Of a DNA stretch of 64,000 bases, positions 40,525 through 50,229 are shown piece by piece. The DNA is from Pseudomonadota bacterium (GTDB lineage Bacteria; Pseudomonadota; Gammaproteobacteria; Pseudomonadales; Moraxellaceae). Location: contig JAJZHK010000003.1 of the NCBI GenBank assembly GCA_021804565.1, positions 7,043 to 71,042 on the forward strand. The letters are read 5' to 3'. Position 1 is the stretch's first letter. Every line of letters begins with the position of its first letter. Under the pieces are notes generated by a model. It had not been told where the DNA came from. It did no database searches and saw only the letters and a program-made list of their open reading frames with translations. Both the position numbers and the translations under genes were made by a program.

Positions 40525-43377
40525 ATGCAAACGGACACCATCAGCCCCAAGACAACAACCCCGGCCTCGCTCAGCACGCCTGCAGGCGATGATTTGTGGG
40601 CCACGGCTCCTGGCGTTCTGCGCGTCATCAAGCGCAATGGCACCGTCGTCGCCTACGATGAAGGCAAAATTGCGCTCGCCATCACCAAGGCCTTCCTGGC
40701 CGTCGAAGGCGGCCTGGCGGCGGCCTCCAGCCGCATCCACGAGCAGGTGCAGCAACTCAGTCAGCTGGTGACGGCCACCTTCGAACGGCGTCTGGCCGGT
40801 GGCGGCAGCATCCACATTGAAGACATTCAAGATCAGGTCGAGCTCGCCCTGATGCGCTCCGGCGAGCACAAGGTGGCACGCGCCTATGTGATCTATCGCG
40901 ATGAGCGCAGCCGCGCCCGTCAGCACGAGGAGGTCAAGGTCCACCCCAGCCTGCACATGACCGACCGCAATGGACAGCGCCGTCCACTTGATCTCGGCCG
41001 CCTGGAAGCGCTCGTGCAAAGCGCAGTCGCCGGCCTCGAAGAGGTCTCGGCGCAAGCCATCCTCGAAGACACGCAACGCAATCTCTATGATGGTGTCACC
41101 GAGTCCGACATCAACAACGCCCTGGTGATGAGCGCGCGCGTCCTCATCGAACAAGAACCCAATTACACCTATGTCACCGCACGCCTGCTGCTCGACCAGC
41201 TGCGTAGCGAGTCGCTCAGCTTTCTCGGTGTCGCCGAACACGCCAGCGCCGAAGAGATGAAAAGCTTCTATCCACGAGCCCTCGCCGCCTTCATCGCACG
41301 GGGCATAGAGCTCGAGCTGCTCAGCCCTGAGCTGGCCAAGTTTGACCTGCAGCGCCTGGGCGCCGCCCTGCGTCCGGAGCGCGACCTGCAGTTCACCTAC
41401 CTCGGCCTGCAGACGCTTTACGACCGGTACTTTATCCATACCGACGACATCCGCATCGAACTGCCGCAGATCTTCTTCATGCGTATCGCCATGGGCCTGT
41501 CGATACAGGAGAAGGACAAGGAAGCGCGGGCCATCGAGTTCTACCATCTGCTCTCCAGCTTTGATTACATGGCCTCGACGCCGACCCTGTTCAATGCCGG
41601 CACCTTGCGCCCGCAGCTGTCGAGCTGCTATCTGACCACGGTCAAAGATGACCTCGACGGCATCTTTGCGGCCATCCATGACAATGCCATGCTCTCCAAG
41701 TGGGCGGGCGGACTGGGCAATGACTGGACGCCGGTACGCGCCCTGGGCTCCTACATCAAAGGCACCAACGGCAAAAGCCAGGGCGTCGTGCCCTTCCTCA
41801 AGGTCGCCAATGACACCGCCGTTGCGGTCAACCAGGGGGGCAAGCGCAAAGGGGCCGTCTGCGCCTATCTGGAAACCTGGCACCTCGATATCGAAGAATT
41901 TGTCGAGCTGCGCAAAAACACCGGTGATGATCGCCGCCGCACCCATGACATGAACACCGCCAACTGGATTCCCGATCTGTTCATGAAGCGTGTCGTCGAC
42001 GACGGTGAATGGACGCTGTTCTCGCCCAACGACGTGCCCGATCTGCATGACCTCTATGGCCGTGCCTTCGAGCAACGCTACATCGCTTACGAGGAGGCCA
42101 CCCGCCAGGGTCAGATCAAGCTGTTCAAGCGCCTGCGCGCCCAGGATCTCTGGCGCAAGATGCTGAGCATGCTGTTCGAGACCGGTCACCCCTGGATGAC
42201 CTTCAAGGATCCCTGCAATCTGCGCTCACCGCAGCAGCATGTCGGGGTCGTGCACTCCTCCAACCTGTGCACGGAGATCACCCTCAATACCAGTGCCGAT
42301 GAAATCGCCGTCTGCAACCTGGGCTCGATCAATCTGGTTCAGCATATCGGACCGCACGGACTCGATCTGGACAAGCTCAAGGCGACGGTGCAGACCGCCG
42401 TGCGCATGCTCGACAATGTCATTGACATCAACTACTACGCCGTCCCGGCGGCACGCCGCTCCAACCTCAAGCACCGCCCGGTGGGCCTCGGCATCATGGG
42501 CTTTCAGGATGCGCTCTACGCCCAGGGCATCGCCTATGGCAGTGAGGCAGCGGTCGAGTTTGCCGATCGCTCGATGGAAGCGGTGGCCTACTACGCCATC
42601 GATGCCTCCTGCAGCCTGGCGGCCGAACGTGGCAGCTACTCCACCTACGAAGGCTCGCTGTGGAGCCGCGGCATCCTGCCCCTGGACTCCCTGAACATCC
42701 TCGAAGAGCAGCGCGGCCGTGACTATATCAAGGTGGATCGCAGCCAGAGCATGGACTGGAACCAGCTGCGCACCCGTGTCGTGACGACCGGCATGCGCAA
42801 CTCCAATGTCATGGCCATCGCGCCGACGGCGACGATCTCCAATATCTGTGGCGTGTCGCAGTCCATCGAGCCGACTTACCAGAACCTTTACGTCAAGTCG
42901 AACCTGTCGGGTGAGTTCACCGTGGTCAATCCCTACCTGGTCCGCGAGCTGAAAGCACGCAAGCTCTGGGATAATGTGATGGTCAACGACCTCAAGTACT
43001 TTGACGGCTCGGTGCAGCAGATCGACCGCATTCCCGCGGAGCTCAAGTCGCTCTTCTCGACCGCCTTTGAGGTGGAGCCGCGCTGGCTGATCGAGAGTGC
43101 CTCGCGCCGCCAGAAGTGGCTCGACCAGGCCCAGTCGCTCAACCTCTACATCGCCGGGGCCTCAGGCAAGAAGCTCGATATCACCTATCGCATGGCCTGG
43201 TACCAGGGTCTCAAAACGACCTACTACCTGCGCTCGCTGGCAGCGACCATGACCGAGAAATCGACCTTGAGCGACGGTGCTCTCAATGCCGTCAAATCGT
43301 CGTCCGATCTTCTCGAGGCGGCGCCTTTGCCTAAGGCCTGCAGTATCGACAATCCCGATTGTGAGGCCTGCCAGTAA
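40525..43377 (+). CDS. nrdA: Ribonucleoside-diphosphate reductase class Ia, alpha subunit (long form with an N-terminal ATP-cone region)
   Basis: 950 aa. ATP-cone VIKRNGTVVAYDEGKI.. and HIEDIQDQVELALM. Catalytic motifs: FNAGT, LSSCYL, NLCTEI, PTATIS, and the C-terminal CxxC (NPDCEACQ). Confidence 0.93.
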   Translation: MQTDTISPKTTTPASLSTPAGDDLWATAPGVLRVIKRNGTVVAYDEGKIALAITKAFLAVEGGLAAASSRIHEQVQQLSQLVTATFERRLAGGGSIHIEDIQDQVELALMRSGEHKVARAYVIYRDERSRARQHEEVKVHPSLHMTDRNGQRRPLDLGRLEALVQSAVAGLEEVSAQAILEDTQRNLYDGVTESDINNALVMSARVLIEQEPNYTYVTARLLLDQLRSESLSFLGVAEHASAEEMKSFYPRALAAFIARGIELELLSPELAKFDLQRLGAALRPERDLQFTYLGLQTLYDRYFIHTDDIRIELPQIFFMRIAMGLSIQEKDKEARAIEFYHLLSSFDYMASTPTLFNAGTLRPQLSSCYLTTVKDDLDGIFAAIHDNAMLSKWAGGLGNDWTPVRALGSYIKGTNGKSQGVVPFLKVANDTAVAVNQGGKRKGAVCAYLETWHLDIEEFVELRKNTGDDRRRTHDMNTANWIPDLFMKRVVDDGEWTLFSPNDVPDLHDLYGRAFEQRYIAYEEATRQGQIKLFKRLRAQDLWRKMLSMLFETGHPWMTFKDPCNLRSPQQHVGVVHSSNLCTEITLNTSADEIAVCNLGSINLVQHIGPHGLDLDKLKATVQTAVRMLDNVIDINYYAVPAARRSNLKHRPVGLGIMGFQDALYAQGIAYGSEAAVEFADRSMEAVAYYAIDASCSLAAERGSYSTYEGSLWSRGILPLDSLNILEEQRGRDYIKVDRSQSMDWNQLRTRVVTTGMRNSNVMAIAPTATISNICGVSQSIEPTYQNLYVKSNLSGEFTVVNPYLVRELKARKLWDNVMVNDLKYFDGSVQQIDRIPAELKSLFSTAFEVEPRWLIESASRRQKWLDQAQSLNLYIAGASGKKLDITYRMAWYQGLKTTYYLRSLAATMTEKSTLSDGALNAVKSSSDLLEAAPLPKACSIDNPDCEACQ

Positions 43378-43415
43378 GGCGGGCTTCACTTCATGCTATG
43401 CTGATGAGGATGTAG

Positions 43416-44672
43416 ATGATGTTTTCCTGGGAAGATTACCATGCAGAAGAAGGGGCTACGCCCACACCTGCGACAAAAGCGGCTGCTGCAACGAAACCGC
43501 TTGCGCCGGCATTTAGCGAGACACCGGCACCAGCAGTGGTTCTATCTGGAGCGCCAGCAGTTGCGCCTGCCTCTGCTAGCCCCCATCCAGTGGTACTCGC
43601 CGGCGCCCTCGACAGTCTGATCGCCCCCGGCCTGGACCCCCTGGAGATGGGCGCTGCCCGTGTCCAGGTGGACGACAAGCGCATGATCAATTGCCGTGCT
43701 GACCTCAATCAGCTGGTCCCCTTCAAGTACGACTGGGCCTGGCAGAAGTATCTGGATGGCTGTGCCAACCACTGGATGCCGCAAGAGATCAATATGGCCA
43801 AGGATGTTCAGCTCTGGCGCAGTGCCGAGGGCCTGAGCGAAGATGAGCGTCGTATCGTCATGCGCTCTTTGGGCTACTTCTCGACCGCTGACTCGCTGGT
43901 GGCCAACAATCTGGTGCTGGCCATCTATCGCCATATCACCAATCCCGAATGCCGGCAGTACCTGCTGCGCCAGGCCTTCGAAGAAGCCATCCATACCCAC
44001 GCCTACCAGTACTGCGTTGAGTCTTTGGGCATGGATGAAGGTGAAGTCTTCAACATGTACCGTGAGGTTCCTGCGGTGGCCAATAAAGCGGCCTGGAGCC
44101 TCAAACACACCCACGCGCTGTCCAATCCTCTTTTTCAAACCGGAACGCCGGAGGCCGACCAGGAGTTGCTGCGCAATCTGATTGGCTTCTATGCGGTCAC
44201 CGAAGGCATCTTCTTCTACTGCGGCTTCACCCAGATCCTCTCCATGGGACGTCGCAACAAGATGAGTGGTGTGTCGGAGCAGTTCCAGTACATCTTGCGT
44301 GATGAATCCATGCATCTGAACTTCGGCATCGACGTCATCAATCAGATCAAGCTTGAGAACCCGCACCTGTGGAACCGCGAGTTCCAGGCGGAGGTCCGCA
44401 CCATGATCCTCGAAGGCACCGATCTGGAGATTGCCTATGCACGCGACACCATGCCGCGCGGTGTTCTCGGGATGAGTGCGGCGATGATGGAAGAGTACCT
44501 GCAGTTCATCGCCAACCGCCGCCTGGCCCAGCTTGGACTGAGCGAGCACTTCCCCGGGGTTAAAAACCCTTTCCCCTGGATGAGCGAGATCATGGATCTG
44601 CGCAAGGAGAAGAACTTCTTCGAAACCCGTGTCACCGAGTATCAAACCGGTGGCGCCCTGAGCTGGAGCTGA
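43416..44672 (+). CDS. nrdB: Ribonucleoside-diphosphate reductase class Ia, beta subunit (with an Ala/Pro-rich N-terminal extension)
   Basis: 418 aa. Di-iron/tyrosyl motifs: [44 protein letters not shown], and the C-terminal acidic tail. Confidence 0.92.
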   Translation: MMFSWEDYHAEEGATPTPATKAAAATKPLAPAFSETPAPAVVLSGAPAVAPASASPHPVVLAGALDSLIAPGLDPLEMGAARVQVDDKRMINCRADLNQLVPFKYDWAWQKYLDGCANHWMPQEINMAKDVQLWRSAEGLSEDERRIVMRSLGYFSTADSLVANNLVLAIYRHITNPECRQYLLRQAFEEAIHTHAYQYCVESLGMDEGEVFNMYREVPAVANKAAWSLKHTHALSNPLFQTGTPEADQELLRNLIGFYAVTEGIFFYCGFTQILSMGRRNKMSGVSEQFQYILRDESMHLNFGIDVINQIKLENPHLWNREFQAEVRTMILEGTDLEIAYARDTMPRGVLGMSAAMMEEYLQFIANRRLAQLGLSEHFPGVKNPFPWMSEIMDLRKEKNFFETRVTEYQTGGALSWS

Positions 44673-44698
44673 GCCGCTCCCGACCCAGAGGTGCAGGT

Positions 44699-44717
44699 GC
44701 GGCCCCGACGGGGCCGC
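44699..44717. terminator. GC hairpin GCGGCCCC-gac-GGGGCCGC between the convergent nrdB and sbcC genes
   Basis: Perfect 8-bp stem in the 59-nt gap between the two stops. There is no U-tract on either strand, so the terminator function is tentative. Confidence 0.35.
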
Positions 44718-44731
44718 GCCCGGAGGGCTGG

Positions 44732-47700
44732 TCAAGGCTGGACCGAGACGCTGGAGACCCCCAGTCCGATCACCTCGACACGAATCTGGGTGGGGATGCG
44801 TTCTTTCATCGCCTCGACATGGCTGATGACGCCTATGGATTTACCGGTCGCATTGATGCCGTCCAAAGCATTGAGGGCCAGTTCAAGACTGTCGGCATCC
44901 AAAGTCCCAAAACCTTCATCCAGGAAAAGCGAGTCTATCGACGTTCTCTGGCTGACCAGGTCGGAGAGCGCCAGCGCCAGGGCGAGACTGACCAGAAAGC
45001 TTTCGCCACCCGACAAGGTACGGGTATCGCGGGTGATATCCGCCTGCCAGGTGTCGGCAATTTCCAGTTCCAACTCGCCGCTTGATTTGCGCTGCAGCAG
45101 ATAGCGGCCATGCAGTTGCACCAGATGCCGGTTCGCCAGATGCATCAGGTGGTCCAAGGTCAGCCCTTGGGCGAATTTGCGGAATTTGTCGCCCTCTTTG
45201 GAGCCGATCAGGCCATTGAGCCGCTGCCAGATATCGACATCCGCCGCTTGCCCGGCAATCTGCTCAAACAGGGCAGCCTGCTTGTCCCGGCGCTGTGCGT
45301 CATCGCCTAACAGCGCCATTTGCGCACCCTGTTCGGCGGAGAGCTTCTGTCGCTGTTCATCCTGCGCGCTGATACGCGCTTCGAGTTCGGCCAGGCTCAG
45401 CGGCGTCAGTGCCTGTTCTTGCCACTGACGCTGCGCCGCGGCTGCGGTTTGCCGTACAGCTTGGCTGCGCTCGAGTTCTTGCTGCAGCTGTTGGCGCAGG
45501 GCGAGCAACTGCTGGCGGGTTTCAGCGGGTAACAGGGCCTGCGTGAAGGCCGCCAGGTCAGCAAAAGGACTTTGTGCCCATGCCGCGAGCCAAACGCTGT
45601 GGGCGCTTTCGCACTGTAGCTGCTGGGCTTGTCCATCGACGACCAATTGCGCTTCCTGGCCCTGCAAGGTGGCGATCTGTGTCGCCAGCTGCTCAACTTG
45701 CGCGCTGCACAGCTCAAGCGCGGCCTGACTGGCGGTGATGGGGCCATCATGCGATGCTGCGGGTTCATCCCGCAGGCCCCAGCGTTTTTGCCAGACCCGT
45801 TTCTGGCTGACCGCCTGCTCGCTGCGCTGCTGCTGTTTTTGCAAGTTGCTGCTTTGTTGCTGCTGGGCCTGCTGCTGCGCCTGCCAACTTTGCCAGTCTT
45901 GCTGACGATCTTCCAGCCAGCGGCTCATGTCCCCGGCGGGCACAAAACCTGCGTCGGCCATGGCGGCAGCGAGCGCCTTCACGGCCTGCTGCCGGGCCGC
46001 GGTATCTCTGGCTATTTGCAGGTCCAGCTCGCGGATACGCTGGGCGGCCAGATCATGGCTTTGCTGCAGTAGCGCCCCTTGCGCATCGGCAGCTTGCCGC
46101 TGTGCCGCGTGCGCCGCTTCGCTTTCGCGGGCGCTCACAAGGGCCTGCTGCGCCGTCTCGGCCTGCACCAGCGCGGCTTTTAGCGTCGCTTCCTGCCTGA
46201 CCCTGTCGTCCAACCCTTGCCTGAGCACATCGGGCTCTTGCCAGGCGCTGGCCGCCAGCCCCAGGGCCGGCGCCACGGCATCCCAGCCGGCCTGGAGCTC
46301 TTGCTGGGTACGCAGCTGCCCGGCGAGCGTCTGCCGGTCCTGCGCCAGTCGGCCGCTCAGTTGACCGACCTGGCCTTGAATCGCCTGGCCCAGCTCCAAG
46401 GCCTGCTGCAGAGCCTGGACTTTCTCCTGCAGGGCCAGCTCCGTGGCCGATACATCGATCTGCTGATAGTGATGAATGCCAGGGTGGTCGGACGAGCCGC
46501 ACAGCGGGCACGCCTCGCCAGGCTGCAAGCCTGCGCGGAGGGCCTCCAGGCTCTGTATGCGCAGCTCCTGCTGGAGCAGCTTGCGCTTATCGTCGACCTG
46601 CTCTTGCCGCTGACGGTAGGCTTGGCGCGCAGCCTCCAGCGCGCCCTGATGCTCGGTGAGCTGCTGCTGGACTGCCGCCATATGCAGATCCTGTTCGCTG
46701 CATTGCCTGCGGTTCCGCTGCAAGGGCTCGGCCAGAGCGCTGAGGCGCTGCCAGGCCAGGAGCTGCTCCTGGGTGCGCTGCCAGCTCTCACGCAAGGCCG
46801 GCAGGGTCCTGCCTTGCAAGCGCTGCTCGAGCTGTTGCTCTGCGTCGGCGACGAGCTTCTGGCTCTCTGCATGGCGCGCCTGCGCCTGCCGCTGGATCTG
46901 GCGTTGATCAGCCATCCGCGTCACCGTCTCGGCTTGCGCCTCGGCCTGCTTCTGCCGCTGCACCTCGAGGTCCAGGATCGCCTGGCGGGCTTGCTCTAGC
47001 TGCCGATGTTCGAGCTGCCAGCCGCCCAGCTTCTCACCCAAAACGGCAAAGTGGGCGTGCCTGATCTGCCAGGCTTCCAGCTGTTCAAGGTGCCCCTTTT
47101 GCTCTTGCCACAGCTGTTGCTCGCGCTCGGCCAGGCCTTCGGCCAGTGTTTTGGCCTGCCAGCAGGCGCTGAGCTCTTGCTGGCGTGCGGCAGCCAGCGC
47201 TGCCCGCACCCTGTTCAGGTTGGTGTGGGTGTGCTGCAAACGCTGGTCGGCGTCCCTCCAGGCTTCAAAAATCGGGCGTATGGCTTCAGCAGGCTCGCTG
47301 AGCTCCAGCTGTTGCAGCTGGGGCTGTGCCGCCTGCAAGGCGCCGATGGCGGCGTCTTCTGCCTGCTTGGCGCTGAGCAGCGCTTGTTCGGCCAGAGCCT
47401 GCTGCTGACGCCATAGGCGTAGCTCCTGAAGCTGTCCGAGCTCGTCGTGCAGGACGGCCAGGCGCTGCGCCAATTCAGCGATCTGCGCCTGCATCGACAG
47501 GCGCTTTTCTTCAGGCAGCAGCTCGACACCATCGGCTTTCGCCTGCAGCTGATCGAGCGCGTTCTTCGCGTCGCGTGCCTGTTCAAACACGCACTGCGAA
47601 ATCTGCCCGTAGATGTCGGTGCCGGTCAGCTCCTCAAGCAGCTCTGCGCGCTCATTGGCACTGGCATTCAGGAAGGCCGCAAAGCCGCCCTGGGCCAGCA

Positions 47701-48151
47701 TCATCGACTTGGTGAAGCGGCCAAAATCGAGGCCGGTGATGGTCTCGATACGCTTGAGCTTGTCGCTGCTGTGGCTGCTCAGGATCGTGCCCTGGCCATC
47801 GGCCAGCTCGACCTTAGGAGGCTGCAGGGCCCCGTCGGCTTTATCACGGGCACGCCGCTGACTCCAGAATGCGCGATAAATCTGGCCCTTCACCTCAAAC
47901 TCCACCTCGGCCAGGCAGTCGGCTGTATGCCGGCTCATGATCTCGTTGGCCGTGGCAGAAATCGATTTGAGGCGGGGTGTTTCGTGGTACAGCGCCAGAC
48001 AGATGGCGTCCAGCAAGGTGGTCTTGCCGGCCCCCGTCGGCCCGGTGATGGCAAACAGCCCATTGTCCCTGAAGGGGGCTTGTCTGAAATCGATCTTCCA
48101 CTCACCCTTGAGTGAGTTGAGATTTTTAAGGCGCAGGGTGAGGATCTTCAT
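44732..48151 (-). CDS. sbcC: Exonuclease SbcCD, ATPase subunit (SMC-like, coiled-coil with zinc hook)
   Basis: ORF 44732..48211. The ATG at 48151 (MKILTLRLKNLNSLKGEW..) overlaps the sbcD stop (ATGA). Motifs: Walker A GPTGAGKTTLLDAI, zinc hook CPLCGS, signature LSGGESFLVSLALALALS, and Walker B LFLDEGFGTLD. Confidence 0.92.
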   Translation of the reverse strand: MKILTLRLKNLNSLKGEWKIDFRQAPFRDNGLFAITGPTGAGKTTLLDAICLALYHETPRLKSISATANEIMSRHTADCLAEVEFEVKGQIYRAFWSQRRARDKADGALQPPKVELADGQGTILSSHSSDKLKRIETITGLDFGRFTKSMMLAQGGFAAFLNASANERAELLEELTGTDIYGQISQCVFEQARDAKNALDQLQAKADGVELLPEEKRLSMQAQIAELAQRLAVLHDELGQLQELRLWRQQQALAEQALLSAKQAEDAAIGALQAAQPQLQQLELSEPAEAIRPIFEAWRDADQRLQHTHTNLNRVRAALAAARQQELSACWQAKTLAEGLAEREQQLWQEQKGHLEQLEAWQIRHAHFAVLGEKLGGWQLEHRQLEQARQAILDLEVQRQKQAEAQAETVTRMADQRQIQRQAQARHAESQKLVADAEQQLEQRLQGRTLPALRESWQRTQEQLLAWQRLSALAEPLQRNRRQCSEQDLHMAAVQQQLTEHQGALEAARQAYRQRQEQVDDKRKLLQQELRIQSLEALRAGLQPGEACPLCGSSDHPGIHHYQQIDVSATELALQEKVQALQQALELGQAIQGQVGQLSGRLAQDRQTLAGQLRTQQELQAGWDAVAPALGLAASAWQEPDVLRQGLDDRVRQEATLKAALVQAETAQQALVSARESEAAHAAQRQAADAQGALLQQSHDLAAQRIRELDLQIARDTAARQQAVKALAAAMADAGFVPAGDMSRWLEDRQQDWQSWQAQQQAQQQQSSNLQKQQQRSEQAVSQKRVWQKRWGLRDEPAASHDGPITASQAALELCSAQVEQLATQIATLQGQEAQLVVDGQAQQLQCESAHSVWLAAWAQSPFADLAAFTQALLPAETRQQLLALRQQLQQELERSQAVRQTAAAAQRQWQEQALTPLSLAELEARISAQDEQRQKLSAEQGAQMALLGDDAQRRDKQAALFEQIAGQAADVDIWQRLNGLIGSKEGDKFRKFAQGLTLDHLMHLANRHLVQLHGRYLLQRKSSGELELEIADTWQADITRDTRTLSGGESFLVSLALALALSDLVSQRTSIDSLFLDEGFGTLDADSLELALNALDGINATGKSIGVISHVEAMKERIPTQIRVEVIGLGVSSVSVQP

Positions 48152-49377
48152 GGCTTCGACGCCTGCAACTGCGCGAGGATGTCGAGGTAGCGTATCCGCA
48201 ACGGCGCGCACAGATCGTCCTCCAAGGCTTCCTGCTCCAGTCGCTTGTTGAACACCTCGAGGGGGCTCAGTTCATCCAGTGTCACCTTGAGAGTCGCAGG
48301 CAGGGTCGCTGCACGATCAGCGCGCTGCCGCCGCAAACGCAGCACCTCCACCGGCAAGCCGGCCGTCATCGCCTCGATACGCGCTTGCAAATCGCTCAGG
48401 TAGTCATCGCTTTGTACCTGCACATCCAACCATACCGGTCGTTCGCCACCACCGCGCTGAGCCGCCTCGCGGATCTGCAGGGCCAAGGACGGCAAATCCC
48501 CCTGTACCGAGACCAAAGCCTGAAAACACGGTACCGCCAAGGGTGAAACGGCCACCAGGCCGCTGTCGTCGAGGTCGACCAGAAGCACCTCCTGCTGACG
48601 GTTCGCCTCATCAAAACTCAAGGGGATAGGCGAACCGCTGTAGCGGATATGCGCTTGCCCTCCGACCTTTTGCGGCTTATGGATATGCCCGAGCGCGATA
48701 TAGTCCGCCGCCGGAAAGGCAGCGCTTGGAAAGGCCTGCAAGGCCCCTACATAGATCTCCCGCACCGACTCACTGGCACTGGCACCCACCGTCGTCAGAT
48801 GACCGGTCGCGACGATAGGCAAGGATAGACCGAGGCGCTCTCTTTCCTGGCAGGCCCGCTGATACACCTGTTCATAGTGTTGAGCGATGGCCTCTTGCAG
48901 GCCCAACTGCTTTTCTTCGGCGCTCTGTCCGGCCCGGCTTTGCTGAACATCACGTGGACGGATATAAGGGATGGCGCAGAGGATGGCAGCGGCTGTTCCA
49001 TCACGCTGCCTGAGCACCAGCACCTGCTGCTCGATGCGCTCAGCCACGGCAGGAATGACGGTGGTGCCCAAACAAGACAGCAACTGTCGGCTTTCGCTCA
49101 GGGTCGCCACCGAGTCGTGGTTGCCGCCCAGGACCCACAGTGAAACGCCTATGGATCGCAAACCTAAAACCAGGTGGTTGTAAAGCTCACGCGCATAACT
49201 GGGCGGTGAGCCTGTGTCGAAGATGTCGCCGGCGATCAGAACGGCATCGACCTGCTGCACCTGAACCTGCTCGATCAGCCAGTCGATGAGCGCTTGATGC
49301 TCATCCTGACGGGTCTTGCCCATAAAATGCTGACCCAGATGCCAGTCAGAGGTGTGAAGGATACGCACAGGCGACAT
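48148..49377 (-). CDS. sbcD: Exonuclease SbcCD, nuclease subunit
   Basis: 409 aa. Calcineurin-like phosphoesterase motifs: ILHTSDWHLG, IAGDIFD, GNHD, and TGHL. Confidence 0.92.
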   Translation of the reverse strand: MSPVRILHTSDWHLGQHFMGKTRQDEHQALIDWLIEQVQVQQVDAVLIAGDIFDTGSPPSYARELYNHLVLGLRSIGVSLWVLGGNHDSVATLSESRQLLSCLGTTVIPAVAERIEQQVLVLRQRDGTAAAILCAIPYIRPRDVQQSRAGQSAEEKQLGLQEAIAQHYEQVYQRACQERERLGLSLPIVATGHLTTVGASASESVREIYVGALQAFPSAAFPAADYIALGHIHKPQKVGGQAHIRYSGSPIPLSFDEANRQQEVLLVDLDDSGLVAVSPLAVPCFQALVSVQGDLPSLALQIREAAQRGGGERPVWLDVQVQSDDYLSDLQARIEAMTAGLPVEVLRLRRQRADRAATLPATLKVTLDELSPLEVFNKRLEQEALEDDLCAPLRIRYLDILAQLQASKP

Positions 49378-49525
49378 ACTCGAACTTATAGGCAGGGAGC
49401 GGGCATCTTAAAAGACCCGCCTCACTTAATCAAAGCAGGGTCATACGATGTGCTCGGGGAGCAGCATCCACGCTGCTGACAGCTCCAAGTCGATCCAGCA
49501 ACGTGGATCGGCACTTGCCGCGAGC

Positions 49526-49915
49526 CTAGAACAGCCAGGACTTGGGATCTTCTACAGCCTGGGACTTATCCAGAGACTTCATGCCCTTGATGCATCGGAC
49601 CGAGAGCCAGACTACCCACAGCAGCCATATAAAGTAGCCGATCAAGACGATGGACAAAAGCACGATAAAGGGAAAAAATATAAGCCCTATCCAGAAGGTG
49701 CGGATCTGAAACTCGAAATGTGTCTGCAGCCAGTCCGGACTATCGGATTTGTGCACATAGGCGAGCACCACACCGACAATTCCGGCCACACCGGTAACAA
49801 TCCCCAAAAGATAAAGAATATACACCAACTTGGCCTTGGCTGCGCTGCCGCTTTTGTCCTCACGACTCACCACATCAGCATCTTGTGAAAATGAATTATT
49901 CATAAAAATATCCAA
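49526..49915 (-). CDS. Small integral membrane protein (three or four TM segments; DUF4870-like by pattern)
   Basis: 129 aa with hydrophobic helices (LVYILYLLGIVTGVAGIVGVVLAYV, TFWIGLIFFPFIVLLSIVLIGYFIWLLWVVWL). Its G+C content is intermediate between the core and the island. The family name is from memory only. Confidence 0.55.
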   Translation of the reverse strand: MDIFMNNSFSQDADVVSREDKSGSAAKAKLVYILYLLGIVTGVAGIVGVVLAYVHKSDSPDWLQTHFEFQIRTFWIGLIFFPFIVLLSIVLIGYFIWLLWVVWLSVRCIKGMKSLDKSQAVEDPKSWLF

Positions 49916-50229
49916 AATAAATCTATCTATAAAAAACCGTATGACAATAGCAGCCCCATCATCTCGGCAGCCGACTGATACCTCTCGTCATGGCCCACCT
50001 GCGCTTCTGTAAAACATGTCTTCCTCATACCTCTCCCTGGGATTCAGGGAGCTATCTTCTCAAGTTATTCATAGCCCGAAAAGTCCAGAGCAGGTCGGCA
50101 TCTCCTGCACCAGTATCATCGACACCGCGTCGTCCAGTTTTGGATCTCTTCTTCCTGTGCCGGCCTCATCAGCATGGCCTCAACGCATCATACCCAAGCA
50201 GAAAATTACCAGATCAGCATTAAAAATAA

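Noticed and set aside
50031-50044. ctctccctgggatt near the left side of the island, compared with the tRNA-Ser 3' end (ggagagggtgggattt) as a possible att direct repeat
   Set aside because: Only TGGGATT (7 nt) is shared, and the rest is the complement rather than a repeat. That is too short to call an attachment site.
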